A stretch of DNA of 64,000 nucleotides from an uncultured Planctomycetota bacterium (GTDB lineage: Bacteria; Planctomycetota; Planctomycetia; Isosphaerales; Isosphaeraceae), in NCBI GenBank assembly GCA_963737655.1, contig CAVTTN010000002.1, positions 5,856,001 through 5,920,000 on the forward strand, written 5' to 3'. Every line of letters begins with the position of its first letter. The stretch's first letter is position 1. Of the stretch, positions 28,449 through 37,261 are shown piece by piece. The notes below the pieces were generated by a model. The model was given only the letters and a program-made list of their open reading frames with translations, was not told where the DNA came from and did not search any database. Position numbers and translations under genes: made by a program.

Positions 28449-28910
28449 GAATCCTGCGAGGCCCCCTGCGCTCCGGGGGACGACCCGATCGAGACGCAAC
28501 CGAGGAGGCCGCGACGATCGTCCATTAGAACGAATCTACAGGTACAGAAAGAATCAAATATCGATTACGTCGGCCCCGAACCGGTGGGTCGGCAAGGTCC
28601 CCCGATCTCCGAATTCGGGGTAACCCAGCTCGCACGTTGCCCCAGTTTTCTGATTTCCCGGCGGAGCACGCGGCGAGGATAACCCAGAGCACCCAGAACG
28701 CCAGGAAGGAACCGGACCACCGGCCGGATCGAATCCAGGAGGAAAAAATCCAAGAAATCCCTTGCGAGGCGAGTTCCCCGCCGGCAAAATCAAAATCCGC
28801 CTCAGGATTATACGTGCTAAACGACGTGATAAGTCACGTCGTTTAGCACGTATAATCCCGCAAATTCGGGGATTCTGCGTCACTTTCGATGTCTGCTTCA
28901 TGTTAGGCGG
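28449..28910 (+). repeat. Array leader copy B ending in an attI-like site (GTTAGGC 28902-28908)
   Basis: Paralogue of 19938-20335, with an extra palindrome. Confidence 0.65.
28805..28858. promoter_or_regulatory. Perfect 25-bp-arm palindrome with TATAAT on both strands
   Basis: GGATTATACGTGCTAAACGACGTGA-TAAG-TCACGTCGTTTAGCACGTATAATCC. Confidence 0.55.
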
Positions 28911-29054
28911 GCTTCGACTCGAACGACCGGACTGCCCGGCGCAGCCGGCACCGGTCGGGAAGTGTCGCAACCCAGGGGACCTCGGTAGAATCGATCGAGG
29001 TCGGTCGGCGATCTTCGAATCCCGGGGAGGGGCGTGATGGGAGTGTCGCACCCG

Positions 29055-30044
29055 ATGAAACGGATCGTCCAGACATCCACGATGGTCGCATTGCTGGCCG
29101 TGGCCGGTAGGCCGGCTCGGGCCGACATGGCGACCTACGCATTCGCGCTCAACAACGCGGGGGTGACCGTCGGTGCCTATTACGACGAATCGAGCACCGT
29201 CCCCTACTATGGTCACGGCTTCCTCTATTCCGGCGGCCAGTACACGACTCTCGACGACCCCCTGGCGGCCTACGGCACGGAGGCGACCTCGATCAACAAC
29301 TCCGGTCAGGTTGTGGGAAATTATTTTGATGGCTCTGGCAAGTCACAGGACTTCCTCTATTCGGGGGGGATGTTCACCACGCTCAACCTCCCCTTCGGGA
29401 CGATCCGGAGCACCCAGGCGCTGGGGATCAACGACTCCTCGGCGATCGTGGGCTACTACGAAGACGGCTCGCGGGTCTATCACGGCTTCCTCTCCTCCGG
29501 GGGGGCCTATTCCACGATCGACGTCCCCGGCGCGAGCTTCACGGTCACGGCCGGGATCAACAACGCCGGCCAGATCGTGGGCAGTTTCGACGACGCCACC
29601 GGGGGCCACGGCTTCCTTTACTCCGGCGGGATCTTCACCGCGCTGGACGACCCCTTAGGAGTGAACGGCACGGTCGCTTCGGGGATCAATAATCTGGGCC
29701 AGATCGTCGGCTACTACACGGACAGCTCGAACAAGGCCCACGGCTTCATCGAGTCGGGCGGCCAGTACACCACGATTGACTATCCCGGCGGAATCAACGG
29801 CTCGTTCGCGAATGGGATCAACGACTCCGGATCGGTCGCCGGCTATTTCTACGACGACACGAACGGATTTCTGTATGCCAACGGGTCGTTTACCGTGCTC
29901 TCGGTGCCGGAGCCGTCGTCGCTCTTGCATTTCATGACCGCGTCGCTGGTCGGTCTCGGCGGGCTGATCCATCGTGGCCTGGCGGGACGCGGAAAAGGGG
30001 ACGGCGGAAATTGTGGGCCTGCCGAGTCGCCGAAGATCGCCTAA
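29055..30044 (+). CDS. Cassette gene: extracellular HAF-like repeat PEP-CTERM protein
   Basis: Repeats GINNxGQIVG...HGFLYSGG; VPEPSS; ends GCC TAA of a truncated attC (30039-30049). Confidence 0.9.
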   Translation: MKRIVQTSTMVALLAVAGRPARADMATYAFALNNAGVTVGAYYDESSTVPYYGHGFLYSGGQYTTLDDPLAAYGTEATSINNSGQVVGNYFDGSGKSQDFLYSGGMFTTLNLPFGTIRSTQALGINDSSAIVGYYEDGSRVYHGFLSSGGAYSTIDVPGASFTVTAGINNAGQIVGSFDDATGGHGFLYSGGIFTALDDPLGVNGTVASGINNLGQIVGYYTDSSNKAHGFIESGGQYTTIDYPGGINGSFANGINDSGSVAGYFYDDTNGFLYANGSFTVLSVPEPSSLLHFMTASLVGLGGLIHRGLAGRGKGDGGNCGPAESPKIA

Positions 30045-30201
30045 CCTCGAGGCGGAAAAGGGGACGGAGGGAATTCTGAGCTTTCCGAGCCACTGAAGGC
30101 CGCCCCCACGGGGAGGCGACCTCTGCATGGCGCTTCCCTCGGCCGGGCGCTTCGTCTAGAGTGATCCCGACTCGGGGGCGGTCCGCAGACGAGAGGAACC
30201 C

Positions 30202-30588
30202 ATGCCCTTATTCGATGACGCCCCTCCCACGGACCATGCCGGCGGAGGCGGGAGCCGCTTCGATCCCATCAAAGTGCGGACTCGGCCGGCCTCCCGCCAG
30301 GAGCGGTATGTGAGCGGGGTCCTCCTGGCGTTCGGCTCGCTCGCCCTGTCGATGTGCGTTCAACAGACGTGGGCCCACGACTTCCGGGCCCCGAACAGCG
30401 GCTGGCGGCTATTCGGGATGTACCTGGTCCCGGCCGTCCTCTTTGCCCTCGCCCTCCATCAGAGGAGGGCCCGCCGCGTGATCGGGTCTGTTTCGGAGGA
30501 GGAGGGGGATGGCGACGGGAGGCGAGGAAAGGGGTCAGGAGCGAGGCGAGGAAAGGGGTCAGGAGCCGATTTTGGCGGGCGGGTCTGA
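30202..30588 (+). CDS. Hypothetical two-TM protein, C-terminus running into REP repeats
   Basis: GAGG RBS; two hydrophobic segments; RGKGSG tail encoded by the repeats. Confidence 0.45.
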   Translation: MPLFDDAPPTDHAGGGGSRFDPIKVRTRPASRQERYVSGVLLAFGSLALSMCVQQTWAHDFRAPNSGWRLFGMYLVPAVLFALALHQRRARRVIGSVSEEEGDGDGRRGKGSGARRGKGSGADFGGRV

Positions 30589-30666
30589 GAATCGGCTCCT
30601 GACCCCTTTCCGCCTCCCGGGCGGCGGAAGACAGGTTACGTCCATTCCGATCTTGGAGGTTAGAAC

Positions 30667-30897
30667 ATGAGCGCGGAACCAACTCGGTGTACCAAGTGCA
30701 ACGGCGAGATGGAGCAGGGGTTCCTCTTCGAGTCCGAGGGTCACAGTCTCGACACCTGGGTCGAGGGGACGCCGGAGAAGTCTTGGTGGGGGGGCGCGAA
30801 GGTTCCGAAGGAAAAGCGCATGCCGGTGGGCACCTTCCGGTGTTCGGTGTGCGGATTCTTGGAATCCTATGCGCGGCCAGAGTTCGGCACGAATTAA
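30667..30897 (+). CDS. Cassette gene: small zinc-ribbon protein (DUF6487-like)
   Basis: CTKCNGEMEQGF...W.EG.P...FRCSVCGFLESYA; GGAGG RBS. Confidence 0.8.
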   Translation: MSAEPTRCTKCNGEMEQGFLFESEGHSLDTWVEGTPEKSWWGGAKVPKEKRMPVGTFRCSVCGFLESYARPEFGTN

Positions 30898-30978
30898 CGC
30901 CGCATCGCCCGTAGAGAGACAAATGGGGTCAGTTCAATAGGTCGGCCCAGTTACCCATTCAGGCCGGGCCGAGACGCC

Positions 30979-31358
30979 TCTTCGTGAACTCTTTGGCTGG
31001 GAACGGCCATCGACGCGCGACACTACCCCAACCCCAGGCTTTGTGGCCGGGCAGCGGCGAGGTCCGGGTAGCAAACCGACGGATTCAAGAGCGGCGGACG
31101 AGGCGCGGGCCGAGAGGGGAGTCGGTTACGCTTGCAGTCTCTTCGACGGGAACATCCCCGCGAGTCGGCTCGCGGGGCGTCGCCAATGACCGGATCACGA
31201 CCTCTCGGGCCAGGCTAACCTACGGGCAGGGAGCACCAAGGTGGAGACGGCCGGGAGGCCCGCGCCACACTCAGGCTACGCCGCGCCGGGTCGGCGGGCA
31301 AGTCGTCCCCGACCCCCGTTCACGCCCCGTCGGGAGCGGACGAAGGCCGCAGGATGGT
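30979..31358. mobile_element. 380-bp attC-inserted element, copy 5
   Basis: Identical to copy 1 as read. Confidence 0.9.
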
Positions 31359-31456
31359 TAACCTCGCGCTGCAGCGGACCCCGGCCACGGGCCGCGTTTT
31401 TTCTGATCTCGAGCTCACTGTTCCGTGGCCGGGTCCGCTGAACTTGGTCGTTAGGC
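31359..31456 (+). other. attC site
   Basis: TAAC...CCGGCCACGG/CCGTGGCCGG...GTTAGGC (31450-31456). Confidence 0.9.
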
Positions 31457-31636
31457 GGCGTCGAGCGACGGCCCCCGATGAACTCGAAGTCGTCTTCGGC
31501 TAGAGGCCGGGTGCATGAGTCAACGGGCGGCCACTTCCTCAGGAAGAATAAACTGATACCTTATTCCCCCTATTCCCCTGCAAGCATGACCTCCTGCGAA
31601 TGAGCCGAGCCGAGACGGAAAAGCTCTGGAGGAACA

Positions 31637-32689
31637 ATGCGTTCTTTCCTCTTCGCCCTGATCCCGGGCCTCTTCCTGGCCGACTCCTCGCGGGCCGATG
31701 ATCCGCCCGGGCCGCCGCCGCTGAAGATCGCCGGTACGCAAATCCAGACCCTCGATGGGAAGGCCGTGCGCCTGCGAGGTGTCAATCTCCCCGGCCTGAT
31801 GTGGGGCGAGAGGGCACACCTTGGGTCGTCGATCCGCGTCGCTACCGAAGAGTGGGGCGCCAACATCATCCGGGTGTGCCTGTCGCCGGATCTCTGGTAT
31901 GGCAAGGCGAAGGGGGACAAGGACGGAGGCGCAGGCTACCGTAAGACCGTGCATGCCGTCGTCGACCAGGTAGCCGCCCGGCACTGCTACGTGATCCTCG
32001 TCCTGACCTGGTACGGGGATGCCCGGTGGGGCGAGAACCATGTCTCGCATCACAAGATGCCCGACGACGATAGCGTCGCGTTCTGGGCCGACCTGGCGAC
32101 GGCCTTCGCCCACCAACCGGCCGTCCTTTTCGGCCTCTACAACGAGCCATGGGGCGTCCCCTGGCAAGTCTGGCGCAACGGCGGCACGGTCACGGAAGGG
32201 AACGATAAGGTCCCCGGTGACAGGCGCGAGTACCACACCCCCGGCCTGCAAAAGCTCGTCGACGTCTGCCGCTCCAAGGGGGCACGGAACCTGATCGTCG
32301 CCGGCGGCCTGGATTGGGCCTACGACCTGACCGGCATCGCCGAGGGGTTTGCCCTGAAAGACCCGAAGGGGCACGGCGTGGTGTACGATACACACATGTA
32401 TTCCGGGAAAAAATGGCACATGCGCAATGGCAAGAAGGATTGGGAATGGGACCGCGTGGTGCTGTCAGGGGGCGGGAAGTATCCGGTCATCATCGGCGAG
32501 TTCGGCGACGACGCGGCGGAATTCAATGCGAAGGTCCTGGAGTTCGCCGCCGAGCACGATCTCCCCTGGATCGCATGGAGTTTCCACCCCAGCGCCAAAC
32601 CCTGCCTGATCAAGGACTGGAACTACGTGCCGACGAACATCGGCCGGCAGGTGAAGGACGCCCTTAAAAAGGCACCCGGCACGAGGTGA
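31637..32689 (+). CDS. Cassette gene: glycoside hydrolase family 5 (cellulase-like)
   Basis: LRGVN, GANIIRV, YNEP (acid/base), HMY, IIGEFG (nucleophile), WIAWSF; signal peptide. Confidence 0.9.
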   Translation: MRSFLFALIPGLFLADSSRADDPPGPPPLKIAGTQIQTLDGKAVRLRGVNLPGLMWGERAHLGSSIRVATEEWGANIIRVCLSPDLWYGKAKGDKDGGAGYRKTVHAVVDQVAARHCYVILVLTWYGDARWGENHVSHHKMPDDDSVAFWADLATAFAHQPAVLFGLYNEPWGVPWQVWRNGGTVTEGNDKVPGDRREYHTPGLQKLVDVCRSKGARNLIVAGGLDWAYDLTGIAEGFALKDPKGHGVVYDTHMYSGKKWHMRNGKKDWEWDRVVLSGGGKYPVIIGEFGDDAAEFNAKVLEFAAEHDLPWIAWSFHPSAKPCLIKDWNYVPTNIGRQVKDALKKAPGTR

Positions 32690-32785
32690 GCCGAAGGGAC
32701 GAAGTTCGGGCCGTTGACGCGGGAAGAGGGGACGGCGGGAAATGGGGACGGCGGGAATTACGAGGTTACTGTATCGTCCAAGATC

Positions 32786-32885
32786 GCCTAACCTCGCGCA
32801 GCCGCGGACCCCGCACCGCCGCGGCGCTTTCTGTGTTATCATCGCCTTCTCGGCGGTGCGGGTCCGCTGAGCTTGGTCGTTAGGC
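32786..32885 (+). other. attC site, not interrupted
   Basis: GCCTAAC...hairpin...GTTAGGC. Confidence 0.9.
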
Positions 32886-32891
32886 GGCTCG

Positions 32892-33521
32892 ATGCCGAAT
32901 CAAATCTCCCACCCCATTCCCTCGACGGGAGGCGTTCTCTTCCCCGAGGATCTGGCTGACCTGGGCGGCCGGCTTGTCGCCGGTCGGGCCGAGTTGATTT
33001 CGTTGCGCGGCGATCGCGGCGTAGGTTGCCTCACCTCTGTCGAGAGCCGACTGACTTGGCTTGATGACTTCGAGATCTTTGTCTTTCAAGTCCTTGCGGA
33101 TGGAACTCGGAAGGCTATCCGCAAGGCCACGAGTGAGGACTTTGAGGAGTTTCGTGATCCGATCCGGATTCAGGGCGAGGGGGTTCCGATCTGCATCTGG
33201 CTCGATCCGGTAAACCCGGGCTATTGGCCCAAGATCGAGCTGCACGACGGTCAAGAAGTCCTCATCGGTAGAGGTCCTCACTGCCATGTCGTCCTCACTG
33301 TAGACACCGTCGGGAAAACGCACTGCTCCATCTCGCATCGCGATGGTGTCACGGTGGTCGAGGATTTTGGCACGAGGTACGGGGTTTCCGTGAATGGCCT
33401 GCGCATCGATCGGGCGAGTCTCGCCCCGGGCGACCTGGTCGGGATCGGCGGGGTCGAAGTCGGGGTCGGCGGGGTAGAATATGTCGTGCGAGGACGCCAC
33501 AACGAACTGGCCGACGCCTAA
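32892..33521 (+). CDS. Cassette gene: FHA-domain protein
   Basis: VLIGRGPHCHVVL...VGKTHCSI...EDFGTRYGVSVNG...LAPGD; stop TAA within R''. Confidence 0.75.
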   Translation: MPNQISHPIPSTGGVLFPEDLADLGGRLVAGRAELISLRGDRGVGCLTSVESRLTWLDDFEIFVFQVLADGTRKAIRKATSEDFEEFRDPIRIQGEGVPICIWLDPVNPGYWPKIELHDGQEVLIGRGPHCHVVLTVDTVGKTHCSISHRDGVTVVEDFGTRYGVSVNGLRIDRASLAPGDLVGIGGVEVGVGGVEYVVRGRHNELADA

Positions 33522-33615
33522 CCTCGCGCAGCCGCGGACCCCGCACCGCCGCGGCGCTTTCTGTGTTATCATCGCCTTCTCGGCGGTGCGGGTCCACTGA
33601 GCTTATGCGTTAGAC
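33516..33615 (+). other. attC site, not interrupted
   Basis: GCCTAAC...GTTAGAC; near-identical to 32786-32885. Confidence 0.9.
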
Positions 33616-33633
33616 GGCTCGTTCGGAGGCGTT

Positions 33634-33999
33634 ATGATCCAGGGCTTACGGACGGCCATCTACCCCGTCGGGGACATCATCGAAGGCAGGTCGTGGTATC
33701 GCCGCGTGCTCGACTGCGAGCCCTACTTTGATGAGCCGTTCTACGTCGGGTTCTCGGTCGGCGGGTTCGAATTGGGGCTGGTCCCCGACGGCGTACCGAG
33801 CCCCGACGGCGTCCATGCCTTCTGGGGCGTTCCGAACGCGGCGGCGGAACTGGACCGCCTCGCGGGACTCGGGGCCGTCGTCTAGGAGCCGGTCAAGGAC
33901 GTCGGGGGAGGCATCAAGGTGGCGTCCGTGAAGGACCCGTTCGGGAATGTCTTCGGAGTCATCGAGAACCCGCACTTCGACCCCAAGGAAGTGCGATAA
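33634..33999 (+). pseudogene. Cassette gene: VOC/glyoxalase protein with internal TAG
   Basis: MIQGLRTAIYPV...FELGL...GAVV*EPVKDVGGGIKVASVKDPFGNVFGVIEN; in-frame stop at 33883-33885. Confidence 0.85.
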
Positions 34000-34003
34000 C
34001 GCC

Positions 34004-34103
34004 GCCTGACCTCGCGCAGCCGCGGACCCCGCACCGCCGCCGAGCTCACCCTGAGATCAAGCTTCACTCGGCGGTGCGGGTTTGCTGAGCTCCGTCGTTA
34101 GGC
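34004..34103 (+). other. attC site with mutated R'' (GCCTGAC)
   Basis: Hairpin arms conserved; GTTAGGC 34097-34103. Confidence 0.8.
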
Positions 34104-34122
34104 GGCTCTGTTCGGAGGCGGT

Positions 34123-34653
34123 ATGGGGGCGGCGATCGCCTTTGTGACGTGCCTAGCGTGCTCCCTCGTCCTGATCCCTGTCCACGAGTTGGGCCACTAC
34201 CTGGCGGGCTGGGCGGCGGGGCTTCCGCGGCACGATATGCGCATCAGGCTGCTGGCCTTCCCCCAGTTCGTCGCCCTGCGGCACGAGGGGGCGTGGGCAT
34301 CGCCGAGGGAGCATGGGGAGGACTACGCCGCGATGTGCCAGCATCCGACCACCCCAGGGCGGATCTTCCTCTTCACGGCGGGTGGCTTCCTGCTCGAAAC
34401 CGCACTCGCCGCAACCTTCGGCGGCGTGGCGCTATCGCTGGGCTATCCCGGGCTGACCCTGGTGATCGTCGGGATGTCGCTCGGCATGAACGCCGTCTAT
34501 GTCCTCGTGATGGACCTGCCCTGGGCCTTGAAATTCGGCCACCCGTGCGGTGATATGACGGGGCTTTGGTGGACGGCGAAGCTGCCCGCTACGATCCTGG
34601 CCGCCGCTCTGCTGGGCATTCGGGGCGGCCTCCTCTTGCGGGCGATCGGTTAG
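34123..34653 (+). CDS. Cassette gene: membrane zinc-metalloprotease-like protein
   Basis: VHELGH (HExxH) in TM context, AGG and PCGD motifs; stop codon falls inside the IS66-type end. Confidence 0.7.
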   Translation: MGAAIAFVTCLACSLVLIPVHELGHYLAGWAAGLPRHDMRIRLLAFPQFVALRHEGAWASPREHGEDYAAMCQHPTTPGRIFLFTAGGFLLETALAATFGGVALSLGYPGLTLVIVGMSLGMNAVYVLVMDLPWALKFGHPCGDMTGLWWTAKLPATILAAALLGIRGGLLLRAIG

Positions 34654-34907
34654 CGTCCGAGATTCCCAGTTGCCGCGCGGTGTGGCTGAATCGGGTTGGT
34701 CGTTCACGAGCGGAGATGGCTTCCTTGACCGCATTCCGATGCGCATGTGCACTCTAATCGCGTTCGGCCTGACGCCAAGACCATGGGCATGTCCTTGGAC
34801 GACCTGGCTCATTGCTTTGGCTGATCGGCCCGAGTTCGCTTGGTCATGGCCAGCGGTTTGAACGCCTTTGTCAACGCACGTGTTCATTTCTAGGGCGGGA
34901 GCTATCC

Positions 34908-35606
34908 ATGAACCTCTACGTCGGCACCAGTGGCTATTCGTGCAAGCCCTGGAAGGGCACGTCTTATCCCGAGGATCTGCCGGTTTGGCAGATGCTCCGC
35001 TTTTACGGCGAGCGGTTTCGTACGGTCGAGATCAACAGCACGTTCTACGGCATGCCCAAGGTTTCGATCCTGGAGGGCTGGGCAGGCGCGGTCCCCACCG
35101 ATTTCCAATTCGTGCTCAAGGCGCCCAAGGAGATCACGCATGTGCGGAAGCTCCACGACGCGGGCGATTTGGTGTCGCGATGGCTCGAAGTCGCCGGAGC
35201 CTTGTCAGAGCATCAGGGGCCGATGTTGTTCCAATTGCCGCCGACGTCGAAGAAGGACATGCCGCGGCTGCGTGCGTTTCTTGCGCTGCTGCGATCGCAT
35301 CGGGGCGTGGCGTTCGAGTTCCGTCATCCGTCGCGGTTCGACGACGAGGTCCTGGGACTGCTTCGCGATCATCGCGCGGCCCTCTGCGTCGCCGATGCCG
35401 AGGGTGAGCTCGACGTTCCCTGGGTGGCGACCGCGGATTGGGGCTATCTGCGGTTGCGGCGGCCCGACTACGGCGACGCGGAACTGAAGACCTGGGTGAA
35501 GCGGGTCCAGGGACAAGGCTGGGGGAGTGCGTTCGTGTTCATCAAGCACGAGGATGAAGGCAAGGGGCCACGGCTGGCGCGGCGATTCATGGAGCTGGCC
35601 GCGTAG
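34908..35606 (+). CDS. DUF72 family protein
   Basis: YVGTSGY, VEINSTFY, LKAPKEITH, LFQLPP, FEFRHPS, YLRLR. Confidence 0.92.
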   Translation: MNLYVGTSGYSCKPWKGTSYPEDLPVWQMLRFYGERFRTVEINSTFYGMPKVSILEGWAGAVPTDFQFVLKAPKEITHVRKLHDAGDLVSRWLEVAGALSEHQGPMLFQLPPTSKKDMPRLRAFLALLRSHRGVAFEFRHPSRFDDEVLGLLRDHRAALCVADAEGELDVPWVATADWGYLRLRRPDYGDAELKTWVKRVQGQGWGSAFVFIKHEDEGKGPRLARRFMELAA

Positions 35607-35633
35607 GGCGTCCGTTTGGACTCGAGGTGCCCG

Positions 35634-35750
35634 AGTTGGTTCCTGGGCAAAGGCGGTGATCACCAAGCCGGAAAGCCCATCGAAGCCCTTGCGGAGATCG
35701 GTGGCCGGAGTGTGGAGGAACACGCGGACGGAATGAGGCAGGCTGATCAT
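35634..35750 (-). pseudogene. tnpB: IS66 TnpB fragment
   Basis: MISLPHSVRVFLHTPATDLRKGFDGLSGLV, then truncated. Confidence 0.85.
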
Positions 35751-36115
35751 CGCGAGCCTCCGTGGTCGGTTTTGGCCCGTGCCACGGCGCGGACGAGGCG
35801 GCAGGCCAAGCGGGCGTTCGCGGTGGGGATCCGAAGGCGGATTCCATTGGGAAGGTCGGCCTCGATGGGCACCGGCCCAGCAACGGTAAGGTCCGAGACA
35901 CGAACAGCGACCGGGACGAGAACCGGCGGCACGGGCACGGTGCGACAACGATCCGCCAGTTCGACGAGCCGAAGGCGGCGTTTCCAAGAATGAAACGAAG
36001 CCACCGAGAGCCGTTCCTGGTCGCAGAACCGACCGATCGTCAAACCGCTGACGCCTTGCCGGCGAACGCGATCGCGCCAAAGCCCATGGAGCTCAAGGTT
36101 GGGGGTTCTCGCCAA
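35747..36115 (-). CDS. tnpA: IS66 accessory protein TnpA
   Basis: WRDRVRRQGVSGLTIGRFC...SFHSWKRRL...IEADLPNGIRLRI; ATGA overlap with tnpB. Confidence 0.85.
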   Translation of the reverse strand: MARTPNLELHGLWRDRVRRQGVSGLTIGRFCDQERLSVASFHSWKRRLRLVELADRCRTVPVPPVLVPVAVRVSDLTVAGPVPIEADLPNGIRLRIPTANARLACRLVRAVARAKTDHGGSR

Positions 36116-36204
36116 GGAGTGGACTCCTGAGAAGGGACGTACGGATCCGCCTCCCAGGCGAACAGACCCCGCAAGGATGGTTATCTCGGACGCTTACGGC
36201 GATC

Positions 36205-36304
36205 GCCCAACCCGGCGCTGCAGCGGACCCCACCCGGCGCGACGGTTTGTGCTACGATCGAAGGTCGCTCGGGCGGGCGGGTTCGCGGAGCTTTGGCGGT
36301 AGCG
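36205..36304 (+). other. Degenerate attC site
   Basis: GCCCAAC-CCG-GCGCTGCAGCGG...GCGGAGC...GGTAGCG (GTT changed to GGT). Confidence 0.7.
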
Positions 36305-36315
36305 GTAGGAGGCGT

Positions 36316-36777
36316 ATGCGACGCTTCATCATACGGCGGCTTGCGGTCGCGGCGATCGGCCTCTTCGTGGCCGCCGTCGCCCTGCTCGCCGCATCGTTTC
36401 ACCCCGATTGGCCGTCGCACCCCCTTCAACTCGCCCACGACCGATGGGGCAACGGCATCGCCTACGTGCAAGTCGCGGGCGGGCGCGCCAGCCTCTTCAG
36501 CGAGATCGACTTCGACTCGGCCGACTCTCCCAAACCTTATGTCGCCAACCCTCGAACCATCGTCGCGCCGAAGGTGACGAAGCACTATCAGTTCGCTCTC
36601 CCGGGGTTGAACTTCCAGTTCTGCCGGTTCGCCGAAGGGCCGCCGACCTGGTCGCTCGGCCTCTCGTTGGCGATCCCCGCAGGCCTCTCGCTGATCGTCG
36701 CCCTTTTTCTCATCCGTCGATTGCGAGGCCGTCGGCCGCGGGATACCGTGGCCCACGACGGGGCCGCCTCTTCGTGA
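36316..36777 (+). CDS. Cassette gene: hypothetical two-TM protein
   Basis: AGGAGG RBS; stop codon inside element copy 6. Confidence 0.7.
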   Translation: MRRFIIRRLAVAAIGLFVAAVALLAASFHPDWPSHPLQLAHDRWGNGIAYVQVAGGRASLFSEIDFDSADSPKPYVANPRTIVAPKVTKHYQFALPGLNFQFCRFAEGPPTWSLGLSLAIPAGLSLIVALFLIRRLRGRRPRDTVAHDGAASS

Positions 36778-37148
36778 ACTCTTTGGCTGGGAACGGCCAT
36801 CGACGCGCGACACTACCCCAACCCCAGGCTTTGTGGCCGGGCAGCGGCGAGGTCCGGGTAGCAAACCGACGGATTCAAGAGCGGCGGACGAGGCGCGGGC
36901 CGAGAGGGGAGTCGGTTACGCTTGCAGTCTCTTCGACGGGAACATCCCCGCGAGTCGGCTCGCGGGGCGTCGCCAATGACCGGATCACGACCTCTCGGGC
37001 CAGGCTAACCTACGGGCAGGGAGCACCAAGGTGGAGACGGCCGGGAGGCCCGCGCCACACTCAGGCTACGCCGCGCCGGGTCGGCGGGCAAGTCGTCCCC
37101 GACCCCCGTTCACGCCCCGTCGGGAGCGGACGAAGGCCGCAGGATGGT
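36769..37148. mobile_element. 380-bp attC-inserted element, copy 6
   Basis: Identical to copy 1 as read. Confidence 0.9.
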
Positions 37149-37246
37149 TAACCTCGCGCTGCAGCGGGCCCCGAACCGCCGCGGTGCCCGTGCTTCGAGT
37201 CGAAGTTTGCTCGGCGGTGCGTGGCCGCTGAGCTTGGTCGTTAGGC
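37149..37246 (+). other. attC site
   Basis: TAAC...CCGCTGAGC...GTTAGGC (37240-37246). Confidence 0.85.
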
Positions 37247-37261
37247 CACGGGGGCATTCGC

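Larger units (their letters stand above)
34649..36197 (-). mobile_element. IS66-derived non-autonomous element carrying a DUF72 passenger gene
   Basis: IRs GTTAGCGTCCGAGAT (34649-34663) and ATCTCGGACGCTTAC (36183-36197); 8-bp direct repeat GGCGATCG at 34641-34648 and 36198-36205. Confidence 0.88.
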
